Assembly (NCBI GenBank): GCA_036494725.1
Contig: DASXNX010000116.1
Span: 794-64,793 of the forward strand
Direction of reading: 5' to 3'
Length of the DNA: 64,000 nucleotides
Source: Steroidobacteraceae bacterium
GTDB taxonomy: Bacteria; Pseudomonadota; Gammaproteobacteria; Steroidobacterales; Steroidobacteraceae
Under the pieces are notes generated by a model. It was given only the letters and a program-made list of their open reading frames with translations, was not told where the DNA came from and searched no databases. Within the stretch, counting starts at the first letter, position 1, and the number at the start of each line of letters is the position of its first letter. Shown here piece after piece: positions 8,667 through 17,687 of the stretch. The position numbers and the translations under genes are program-made.

Positions 8667-9922
8667 CGATGTCGTCCTCCGGCGGCAGCCGCGCCGCCCG
8701 TGCTCGCTCTGCCGCGACTGCTGGCCGCGCGCTCTGCCCTGCCATTGTTGTTGCCGCCAAGCGCGCTGGGCCGCGCGCCGGTGGTCGGTTGCGATGGAGT
8801 CGGTCGTTGCGCTCCACTTCCACCCTGAGGAAATCCCGCGTAAGGATTGCGATTGGGCTGTGCCGGTCGGGCGATTGGCGCCGGCCGCGTGTTCCCGCCA
8901 TTGCCGGGGGGACGCGAACCGCCGCCGTTACCGGGTGGGTTTGCGCCGCCGCCTCCCGGCGGCCTCGACCCTCCACCGTTGCCCGGGAAATTCCCGCCAT
9001 TGCCAGGCGGGCGGCCGGTTCCGGGCGTGCCGGGGCGATTTCCCCCGGGCGGTGGTCGATAACCCCCGGGCGGTGGTCGATAACCCGGACGTTGATTCCA
9101 ATTCGGCGGCGGCCTTCCCCAACCCGGCCCATAACCTGGGCGGTTATAAACCGGCGGCCGCGGCCGGTAAGGCGGGTGTGGGCTTCTGTATCGATAAGAA
9201 GGGTGCCAAGGACCGCTTCGATAATAGACGCCGCGTCCATACCAACCCCATCCCCAGCTGTGCCAGCCCCAGGGTTGATTGTTGATCAACACACCGATGG
9301 CGATACCGGCGCCGAACCCGATAAGCGACGCCGCCAACACGTCGCCCGGGTATGGCGCGCTGACGAATACCTGCTGCGGCACATATTGAGGCACATAGAC
9401 GACCTGTGGATTGGCGGGCTGTATGACGACCACCTGGGCGCCGTTTTGCTGTTCCACGGAAACAGTTTGATATTGGTTGCTATCCAGGGCACCTGAGGCG
9501 TACGCCTGTTGTCGCAGCGCCTGAATGGCCGATGTCACAGCCGCTTGATTCGCCTTGAACGCTGCACCGATCGCCGCATAGTCATCCACGTTCTTTGCCA
9601 TAGCGTCCAGCACGGTCGGGAAAGTGACCAGTGCCACGATCGCGGGATCGAAGCCTTGGCCCTGGGCCGCGTCGATCAATGCTTGGCCGCTCAGGCCGCC
9701 ATTCCTATTGAGCCAGGCGTCCGCGTCGAGAATCTGCTGGGGATCGCCTGAGGCCGCACAGATCTGCGCCAGCAGCGTATCCGGATAGAGCGCAATCGGC
9801 GCCAGCAGCTGCCGCAACTGCTCATCGTCGGGCACGTCTTGCGCGCGGCTCGCGCCGCTGATGGTCCATAGACATAAGCAGAGCGCGCCGAGGAGAAATG
9901 CATTCGTGCAGCGACGATACAT
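8663..9922 (-). CDS. DUF3300 domain protein with long Pro/Gly-rich C-terminal tail
   Basis: LRQLLAPIALYPDTLLAQICAASGDPQQILDADAWL is the DUF3300 signature. A TM-like segment (LAASLIGFGAGIAIGVLI) follows, then about 190 aa of P/G/R/N low complexity. Start taken at MYRRCTNAFLLGALCLCLW (ATG 9922). Confidence 0.8.
   Translation of the reverse strand: MYRRCTNAFLLGALCLCLWTISGASRAQDVPDDEQLRQLLAPIALYPDTLLAQICAASGDPQQILDADAWLNRNGGLSGQALIDAAQGQGFDPAIVALVTFPTVLDAMAKNVDDYAAIGAAFKANQAAVTSAIQALRQQAYASGALDSNQYQTVSVEQQNGAQVVVIQPANPQVVYVPQYVPQQVFVSAPYPGDVLAASLIGFGAGIAIGVLINNQPWGWHSWGWGWYGRGVYYRSGPWHPSYRYRSPHPPYRPRPPVYNRPGYGPGWGRPPPNWNQRPGYRPPPGGYRPPPGGNRPGTPGTGRPPGNGGNFPGNGGGSRPPGGGGANPPGNGGGSRPPGNGGNTRPAPIARPAQPNRNPYAGFPQGGSGAQRPTPSQPTTGARPSALGGNNNGRAERAASSRGRASTGGAAAAGGRHR
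9042..9083. repeat. Perfect 21-bp tandem duplication inside the DUF3300 tail
   Basis: CCCCCGGGCGGTGGTCGATAA occurs twice back to back (9042-9062 and 9063-9083). It encodes GYRPPPG GYRPPPG on the minus strand. Confidence 0.9.
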
Positions 9923-10043
9923 CGAGCGTCTCCCGTAACCGCATGGGAAGGCAGACAAAGCCACTCACGCGCCAATGCGCCAAACATTATAACAAGCGAA
10001 CCGCAATTCGCTCCTCTTGCAGGCGCTAGGTTAGACTCGACCG

Positions 10044-10595
10044 ATGCCTACTACAAGCGATGGACGTTATGGATCGGGTGCCGTCCTATTGCACTGGCTC
10101 ATGTTCGCGCTGGTCGTTGCGGTCGGCGTTTTAGGTCTCTTGCATGATTCGTGGCCGAAGGAGTCGCAACGGTTCTGGATCAACTTCCATGCCATTCTCG
10201 GTCTCGCGCTTTGGTCTTTGCTCATCGCGCGCATCGTGTGGCGTGCCCGGCACAAACCGCCGCCGCTACCGGAAAACATCGGGAACCTAACGCGCCGGCT
10301 GTCGGGTCCCGTGCATTTCGCCCTGTATTTTCTACTGTTTGTCACACCGATCGTGGGAATCGTCACCTTCGTATACCACGGCCGCGTATTTAATTTCGGT
10401 TTATTCCAAGTTGATTTCGGCGTCAAATCGAACCGGGCCATCTTTCACCCGACTGAAGATGTGCACGGCTATTTGGCTTATGCGATTTTCGCGTTGGCTG
10501 CCTGCCACGCGTTGGCGGCACTCTGGCATCAGTTCATTCTGCGTGATGGCTTGCTGATGCGCATGTGGGTCAGGCGGTCGGCGGACTCGCGATAG
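10044..10595 (+). CDS. Cytochrome b561 family protein
   Basis: Four TM helices with conserved His placement (LLHWLMF, NFHAILG, VHFALY, ACHALAALWH). Typical CybB-like length of 183 aa. Confidence 0.85.
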   Translation: MPTTSDGRYGSGAVLLHWLMFALVVAVGVLGLLHDSWPKESQRFWINFHAILGLALWSLLIARIVWRARHKPPPLPENIGNLTRRLSGPVHFALYFLLFVTPIVGIVTFVYHGRVFNFGLFQVDFGVKSNRAIFHPTEDVHGYLAYAIFALAACHALAALWHQFILRDGLLMRMWVRRSADSR

Positions 10596-10653
10596 CGGCC
10601 GCGGCAACGGTGCTGGTAGAGTATCGATCCTGCCGATGCAAGGGGAGCCTCGA

Positions 10654-11319
10654 ATGAGCATGGCGAACGGCTGTCGAATCATCATGGCGATTGTCGCCAT
10701 CGTCGCCCTGTCGGCTTGCGACATCGATGGCGATGACTCGCACAAGATAAACGGCTCCGTTCACGTACCCGCGGGCAAAGCACCCGGCGATGCGAGAACC
10801 GTCAACGGCGCGATTCGCATCGATGACGGCGCGACCGTCAACTCGGCGGTGACCGTGAACGGCAGCATTCATCTGGGGGATCATGCCACCGCAACATCCT
10901 TAAAGACGGTCAATGGCTCGATTACGCTGGGCGCGGGCGCGCACGATTCGGGCAGCGCAGTGTCGGTGAACGGTGACCTGACCTTGGCCGAGGGCGCCGA
11001 GATTTCCGGTTCCCTCACCAACGTCAACGGCCGGATCAGTCTGACTGCGGCACACGTCGCGGGCGGAATCAGAACGGCGAACGGCGACATCCGCATCATG
11101 GGCGCTTCGCGTGTCGAAGGCGGAATCGTGGTCGAGAAGTCCAACAGCCTTGGTCTCGGCGAAGAGGAACCCGTGATCGTCATCGGCCCGGGCGCAGCCG
11201 TCCAAGGTGAGCTGCGCTTCGAGCGGCCGGTAAAGTTATATGTCAGCGAAAAAGCCACCATCGGCACGGTTACCGGCGCGACGCCGGTGCCTTTCACCGG
11301 CGATACACCGCCGAAATAA
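10654..11319 (+). CDS. Lipoprotein with six bactofilin-like beta-helix coils (repeated VNG-x-I motif)
   Basis: Lipobox ALSAC after MSMANGCRIIMAIVAIV. About 18-20-aa repeats: TVNGAIRIDDGATVNSAV / TVNGSIHLGDHATATSLK / TVNGSITLGAGAHDSGSAVS / VNGDLTLAEGAEISGSLTN / VNGRISLTAAHVAGGIRTA / NGDIRIMGASRVEGGIVV. RBS AAGGGGA lies before ATG 10654. Confidence 0.7.
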   Translation: MSMANGCRIIMAIVAIVALSACDIDGDDSHKINGSVHVPAGKAPGDARTVNGAIRIDDGATVNSAVTVNGSIHLGDHATATSLKTVNGSITLGAGAHDSGSAVSVNGDLTLAEGAEISGSLTNVNGRISLTAAHVAGGIRTANGDIRIMGASRVEGGIVVEKSNSLGLGEEEPVIVIGPGAAVQGELRFERPVKLYVSEKATIGTVTGATPVPFTGDTPPK

Positions 11320-11335
11320 ACCAAGGGATAACGCA

Positions 11336-12151
11336 ATGCAAAATCCACGAATCCGTCTGTCGTTGCTAGCCGCGGTAGTTGTCGCCGCGGGCATGATGAG
11401 CGCGGCCAATGCCGCGGTCGACGCGGCGCTCGCTACCGCGGTCGCCAGTCCGGCCCGGAGTGCCAACGCGGTGGCGCGCGATAAGGTGCGTCATCCCGTC
11501 GAGGAGCTGACGTTCTTTGGATTGAGCCCTGCCATGACGGTGGTGGAACTGTGGCCCGGCGGCGGCTACTGGACCGATATTCTGGGTCCCTATCTGGCGA
11601 AAGCCGGCCGCTACTACGTCGCGCTGCCCGCGCCCGGCAACGCCGAGGAAGATGCGGGGGTGGCGCGCTTCAAGGAGCGCATCAACAAGGAGAAGGAGCG
11701 TCTCGGCACCATTCAGTGGACCACGCTGGGTAACGGACAATTTGATATCGCCCCTCCCGGCTCGGCCGATCTGGTTCTGACATTTCGCAATCTGCACAAT
11801 TGGATGGAAGACGGGTACGCCGATCAAGCGTTGGCGGCATGCTTCAAGGCCCTGAAGCCCGGCGGCATTTTGGGGATCGAAGCGCATCGCGGCCGCGCCG
11901 ATGTGCCGCAGGATCCCCTGGCCAAGAGCGGCTACGTGCGCCAGGACTACGCGATAGCGCTGGCAAAAAAGGCGGGGTTCGTTTTGGTTGGGTCATCTGA
12001 AATCAATGCCAATCCGCGCGACACCAAGGATTGGCCGGGCGGTGTCTGGACCCTGCCGCCGACCTTGACGTTGGGCGACAAGGACCGCGCGAAGTACATG
12101 GCTATCGGCGAAGCCGACAACTTCGTGCTCAAGTTTCAAAAGCCGCATTAA
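11336..12151 (+). CDS. Class I SAM-dependent methyltransferase-like protein with signal peptide
   Basis: MQNPRIRLSLLAAVVVAAGMMSAANAAVD signal. Methyltransferase motif I-like VVELWPGGGYWT and motif LKPGGILGI. Start at ATG 11336 after RBS AAGGGA. Confidence 0.75.
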   Translation: MQNPRIRLSLLAAVVVAAGMMSAANAAVDAALATAVASPARSANAVARDKVRHPVEELTFFGLSPAMTVVELWPGGGYWTDILGPYLAKAGRYYVALPAPGNAEEDAGVARFKERINKEKERLGTIQWTTLGNGQFDIAPPGSADLVLTFRNLHNWMEDGYADQALAACFKALKPGGILGIEAHRGRADVPQDPLAKSGYVRQDYAIALAKKAGFVLVGSSEINANPRDTKDWPGGVWTLPPTLTLGDKDRAKYMAIGEADNFVLKFQKPH

Positions 12152-12223
12152 GAAGGGCTCCTGCCGCCCTTGAATCGCGGCTTTGCGGCCCCAGCAGGGC
12201 TCTTTGGAGTCAAGCTTAAGGCC

Positions 12224-13366
<1,143 letters not shown>

Positions 13367-13367
13367 T

Positions 13368-14312
13368 ATGGATGCAAGCCATTCGCGCCGGAGAATCATC
13401 GCCGCCTTGATGATCTGCGTCGCCACCGCCTGCCGCGCTGCAGCCGCGCCCGCAGTGCAGCCGCGTGCCCTGAGCGCCGAGGTGGCTGTGGGCCCCCAAT
13501 ACGATTCAACGCATGTGTATGTCGCACCGGATGATCTGGCGTCATTCACGGAGAGTTTCGTCGCAACATTCGGCGGCCACGCGTCCAATCCGGTCGCGGC
13601 GACGGTTACTCCCACTCCCAGCAGCACGCAATTCCAGTACGTGATGACTCCGGTCGGCACGCTGTCGGTGTTTGCTTATACGAGTCCCGTACCCTATCCG
13701 TTCGGTCTCGAGCGCACCGGCTATCTGGTCACGGATATGGACCAAGCGTTGGCCGCAGCCCGCTCGGCCGGCGCCAGTATCGTCGTCGCACCCTTCAAGG
13801 ATTCGATCGGCATCGATGCCATCATCGAATGGCCGGGCGGCGTCAAAATGCAGCTTTACTGGCATTTCACACCGCCCGCCTACGACGCGCTCGCCAGCGT
13901 CCCGGAGAATCGCATCTATGTCGCGCCGGACCGCATCGACAATTTCGTCAACGCATTCCAGCATTTCTCGCACGGCAAGGTGATATCGGATGACTGGCAC
14001 GCGAATGGCGGCGAATTGGCAAGTCCCGGTCTGACTTTTCGGCGCATTCGATTCGAATCCAAGTTCGGCAAGATGCAGATCATGGCGACCGACGGACAGT
14101 TGCCCTATCCTTTCGGTCGCGAAGTGAGCGGCTACGAGGTCGGCGATTTAAGCGACGCCCTGCGAAAAGCCGGCCTGCATGGTGCGAAGATTCTGGTGCA
14201 GCCGATGTACAGCGATGGGCGAACCAGTGCCATGGTGGAGTTTCCCGGCGGCTTTGTCGCGGAAATACATTCGCCGGAACGGCGGCAAGGGTCCTTACTG
14301 AACGATCGCTAA
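13368..14312 (+). CDS. Exported protein with two internally duplicated glyoxalase/VOC-like halves
   Basis: Signal peptide RRRIIAALMICVATACRAAAAPA. The two halves both contain YVAPD..., PYPFG-x-E-x-x-GY-x-V-x-D and E-(W/F)-PGG. The VOC assignment is by pattern only. Confidence 0.55.
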   Translation: MDASHSRRRIIAALMICVATACRAAAAPAVQPRALSAEVAVGPQYDSTHVYVAPDDLASFTESFVATFGGHASNPVAATVTPTPSSTQFQYVMTPVGTLSVFAYTSPVPYPFGLERTGYLVTDMDQALAAARSAGASIVVAPFKDSIGIDAIIEWPGGVKMQLYWHFTPPAYDALASVPENRIYVAPDRIDNFVNAFQHFSHGKVISDDWHANGGELASPGLTFRRIRFESKFGKMQIMATDGQLPYPFGREVSGYEVGDLSDALRKAGLHGAKILVQPMYSDGRTSAMVEFPGGFVAEIHSPERRQGSLLNDR

Positions 14313-14386
14313 ATAATGGCGCAGACGGGCGGAGTCGCTATAATCGGCGCGCGGTAACACTCACACGCCAGAGCTAACGGTGTCAG

Positions 14387-16525
14387 ATGGTTCGTCAGTC
14401 ACGCTACGATATTCTGTTCGAGCCCATGCGCATCGGTCCGGTCACGGCGCCGAATCGCTTTTATGCCGTACCGCATGCGAGCGGCATGACCAACGCCATG
14501 CCGCGCATGCGCGCAGGACTTCGCAGCACCAAAGCGGAAGGCGGCTGGGGCGTGGTGTGCACCGGTTATGTCTCGATCCACCCCAGCACCGACGACTCGC
14601 CGCTGCCCTACGCAACGCTCTGGGACGACAACGATGTCCGTTCGCACGCGTTGATGGCCGACGCTGTGCATGAACACGGCGCGCTCGCGGGCATCGAGTT
14701 GTGGCACGGCGGCGGTTCGGTATCGAACAAAACCAGCCGGCTGCCGCCGTTGTCGCCCTCCGGCCTGTCATGGATGGCCACTCACGTGGGCTTCATGGGG
14801 AATCAACGCTCCAAGGCCATGGACAAGAGCGACATCAAAAATCTGCTTCGCTGGCAGGCCGAAGCGGCCCGCAAGGCTAAGCGCGCGGGTTTCGACATTG
14901 TCTACGTGTATGCCGGCATGGGCTATTTGCCGTACGAGTTTCTGTTGCCTGAATGGAATCATCGCACCGATGAATACGGCGGTTCAGTGCAAAACCGCGT
15001 ACGCCTGGTGCGTGAACTCATCGAGGTGACCAAGGATGCGGTCGGCGATAGCTGCGGCGTGGCGCTGCGCATGAGCCTCGAGGAACTGCGCGCGCGCACG
15101 AGTGCTGATGCCGCATCCGAAGCTCACGAAGTGGTCACGCTGCTCGCCGATGTGCCCGATTTGTGGGACGTGAAAATGGACTCGAGCCCCACCGACTGCG
15201 CCCCTTCGCGCTTCACGCCCGAGGGTAGCCACGAACCGGTCATCGACTTCGTCAAACGCATCACCGGCAAGCCCGTGGTGGGCGTGGGCCGCTTTACCTC
15301 GCCGGATGCCATGGTGTCGCAAATCAAGCGCGGCGTGCTCGACTTGATCGGTGCCGCGCGCCCCTCGATCGCCGACCCTTTCTTGCCGCGCAAGATCGAC
15401 GAGGGGCGCGAGAGCGACATCAGGGAGTGCATCGGCTGCAACATCTGCATTTCGAGCTGGCACGACAGCGTGCCGGTGCGCTGCACGCAAAATCCCACCA
15501 TCGGCGAGGAATGGCGTCGCGGCTGGCATCCGGAGCGATTCGCAAAGTCGGCCAACGAGGCCAACGTGCTCATAGTGGGCGGTGGCCCGGCGGGCCTGGA
15601 GTGCGCGCTCACCTTGGGAAGGCGTGGATGCAAGGTGTCGCTGGCGGAAGCGCAGGGCGAGTTCGGTGGTCGGCTGCGCTTCGAGAAGTCCCTTCCGGGG
15701 CTGCAGACCTGGGGCCGTGTGGTCGATTGGCGCCTGGGGCAGCTGGCAAAGATCGAGCAGGTAACCTTGTTCCCGGGCAACCGCCTGTCGGTCGATGACA
15801 TCCTTGGGCTGGAGCATCGGCGCATCGTGATTGCCACCGGCGCGCGTTGGACCCGCATGCTGTATTCACCGCTGGAATTGCCGGTCGGTGTGCTCGATCG
15901 GACCGATGTGTTTACACCCGACGATGTGGCGCAGGGCGCCCGCCTCGAAGGTCCGATCGTGGTGTTCGACTACGACAACTACTACATGGGCGGTGCGCTC
16001 GCGGAGCATTTGACACGCAGCGGCGCGGCAGTGAGCTATGTCACGCCGGCCGGACATGCCTCCGCCTGGACGATCATGACCAATGAGCAGCCGCAGGTGC
16101 ATCGCGCGCTCGCCAAGGCCGGCATCTCGCTGCACACCCTGTCGCTGGTGAAGGACTTTTCACCGAACCGGCTGACGATCGCAAACATCTTCACCGGCAC
16201 CGAGCAATGCTTGCCCTGCCGATCGCTGGTGGTGGTCGGCGCGCGCCTGGCGCATGTCGAGTTGTACGACGCTCTGCTGGCCCGGCAATCCGATTGGGCC
16301 GCCGCCGGCATCGAAGCGGTGGACCGGATCGGCGATGCGTTGGCGCCCGGCGCCCTCGCCCACGCGGTCTACAGCGGACACCGCTATGCTCGCGAATTCG
16401 ACCAAGATCCGCGCGCCCCGCTGTATAAGCGCGACGCACCGATCGTGGCGAGCGAACCGCGTGCCTACATCGCGCCGGCGCCGCCTAAAGATCCGGTAGT
16501 GGCTGACGAGGCCGTGGTTCGATGA
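14387..16525 (+). CDS. Trimethylamine/dimethylamine dehydrogenase-family flavo-iron-sulfur oxidoreductase (OYE-like FMN domain, 4Fe-4S, ADP-binding domain)
   Basis: YDILFEPMRIGPVTAPNRFYAVPH...KAEGGWGVVCTGYVSIHP resembles the TMADH N-terminus. Cys cluster CIGCNICISSWHDSVPVRC. GxGxxG in LIVGGGPAGLECAL. Confidence 0.85.
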   Translation: MVRQSRYDILFEPMRIGPVTAPNRFYAVPHASGMTNAMPRMRAGLRSTKAEGGWGVVCTGYVSIHPSTDDSPLPYATLWDDNDVRSHALMADAVHEHGALAGIELWHGGGSVSNKTSRLPPLSPSGLSWMATHVGFMGNQRSKAMDKSDIKNLLRWQAEAARKAKRAGFDIVYVYAGMGYLPYEFLLPEWNHRTDEYGGSVQNRVRLVRELIEVTKDAVGDSCGVALRMSLEELRARTSADAASEAHEVVTLLADVPDLWDVKMDSSPTDCAPSRFTPEGSHEPVIDFVKRITGKPVVGVGRFTSPDAMVSQIKRGVLDLIGAARPSIADPFLPRKIDEGRESDIRECIGCNICISSWHDSVPVRCTQNPTIGEEWRRGWHPERFAKSANEANVLIVGGGPAGLECALTLGRRGCKVSLAEAQGEFGGRLRFEKSLPGLQTWGRVVDWRLGQLAKIEQVTLFPGNRLSVDDILGLEHRRIVIATGARWTRMLYSPLELPVGVLDRTDVFTPDDVAQGARLEGPIVVFDYDNYYMGGALAEHLTRSGAAVSYVTPAGHASAWTIMTNEQPQVHRALAKAGISLHTLSLVKDFSPNRLTIANIFTGTEQCLPCRSLVVVGARLAHVELYDALLARQSDWAAAGIEAVDRIGDALAPGALAHAVYSGHRYAREFDQDPRAPLYKRDAPIVASEPRAYIAPAPPKDPVVADEAVVR

Positions 16526-17685
16526 ACAGCAAAATCACTCCCATCGCTGGGCTCGAGCAGACCTTGCCGTCCAGCTGGTATCGCGACGAGCGCATTTTCA
16601 AGCTCGAAAAGGAACGGATATTCGCTCGCGAGTGGCTGTGTGTGGGCCGCGAGGAAGAACTCACTGCCCCCGGCGACCACAAATTGCTCGACGTCGTCGG
16701 AGAAAGCATTCTCCTGGTGCGCAATCGTCAAGGCGTATTGCGTGCCTTCTACAACGTGTGCCGGCATCGCGGCGCGCAGTTGTGCCGCGTCGCCGGCGCC
16801 GGCGCCACGCCGGGCATGGCCGTACAAGGCGGGGTTACCGCCGGCCGCAACATCGTATGTCCGTACCATCAGTGGACCTACGACTTGGACGGACGCCTGA
16901 TTGCTGCCCCGCATATGGCCGACACGCCGGGATTCGACAAGGCCTCAATCACCCTCTACCCGGTCGCGGTCGAGAGTTGGGGTGGGTTCGTGTTCCTGCA
17001 CTTGACGCCCGGCGAAGCCCATCCGTTGCTCGCGCAGCTGGATGAGATCGCCGCACGCGCCGCGCGCTATCCCTTGAATGCGCTGCGCATCGGTCATTCT
17101 ATCCGCTACCAGGTCGCGGCGAACTGGAAGGCCATCTGCGAAAACTACAACGAGTGCTATCACTGCGGCGGCGTTCACCCCGAGTTGTGCGCCGTGGTAC
17201 CGGCATTTCGCGTCTCCGGCGGCGGTGCACTCGACTGGTCGCGCGGCATCGCGCACCGCGACGGCGCCTACACCTTCACGCACAGCGGCACCACCACTCG
17301 CCGGCCCTTCCCGGGCTTGAATGAGGATGAGCGCACGCGCCACAAGGGCGAGGTGATTTATCCGAACCTGTTCCTGAGTTTCGCCTGCGATCACGTCGCC
17401 GCCTTCATACTCGAGCCGCGCGGCGCCGAGCGCACCGACATCACCTGCCATTTTTTGTTCGAGCCGGAATCCATGGCGCAGCCTGACTACGATCCCAACG
17501 ACGCGGTGGAGTTCTGGGACATCACCAACCGGCAGGATTGGACCATTTGCGAGTCGGTGCAACGCGGAATGCAATCGCGCGTGCACACGCACGGGTACTA
17601 TGCGCCCATGGAAGATTTCAGTTTGGACATCCGCCGCTACGTCATCGAGCGGCTGGGCTCAGACGCAGGCACGTCGCCAACTTAG
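16522..17685 (+). CDS. Rieske [2Fe-2S] non-haem-iron oxygenase alpha subunit (GbcA/Stc2/CntA-like)
   Basis: Rieske ligands CRHRG and CPYHQW. Mononuclear iron region NYNECYHCGGVHPEL. ATGA overlap with the upstream gene. Confidence 0.85.
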   Translation: MNSKITPIAGLEQTLPSSWYRDERIFKLEKERIFAREWLCVGREEELTAPGDHKLLDVVGESILLVRNRQGVLRAFYNVCRHRGAQLCRVAGAGATPGMAVQGGVTAGRNIVCPYHQWTYDLDGRLIAAPHMADTPGFDKASITLYPVAVESWGGFVFLHLTPGEAHPLLAQLDEIAARAARYPLNALRIGHSIRYQVAANWKAICENYNECYHCGGVHPELCAVVPAFRVSGGGALDWSRGIAHRDGAYTFTHSGTTTRRPFPGLNEDERTRHKGEVIYPNLFLSFACDHVAAFILEPRGAERTDITCHFLFEPESMAQPDYDPNDAVEFWDITNRQDWTICESVQRGMQSRVHTHGYYAPMEDFSLDIRRYVIERLGSDAGTSPT

Positions 17686-17687
17686 CG

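Noticed and set aside
8669-9496. Repeat-rich DNA with several overlapping ORFs on both strands (8669-9496, 8794-9285, 8847-9062, 8392-9240). I considered a CRISPR-like or other repeat array.
   Set aside because: The repeats are in-frame codon repeats of the Pro/Gly tail of the DUF3300 protein. There is no spacer-repeat periodicity, and the other frames are by-products of the low-complexity sequence.
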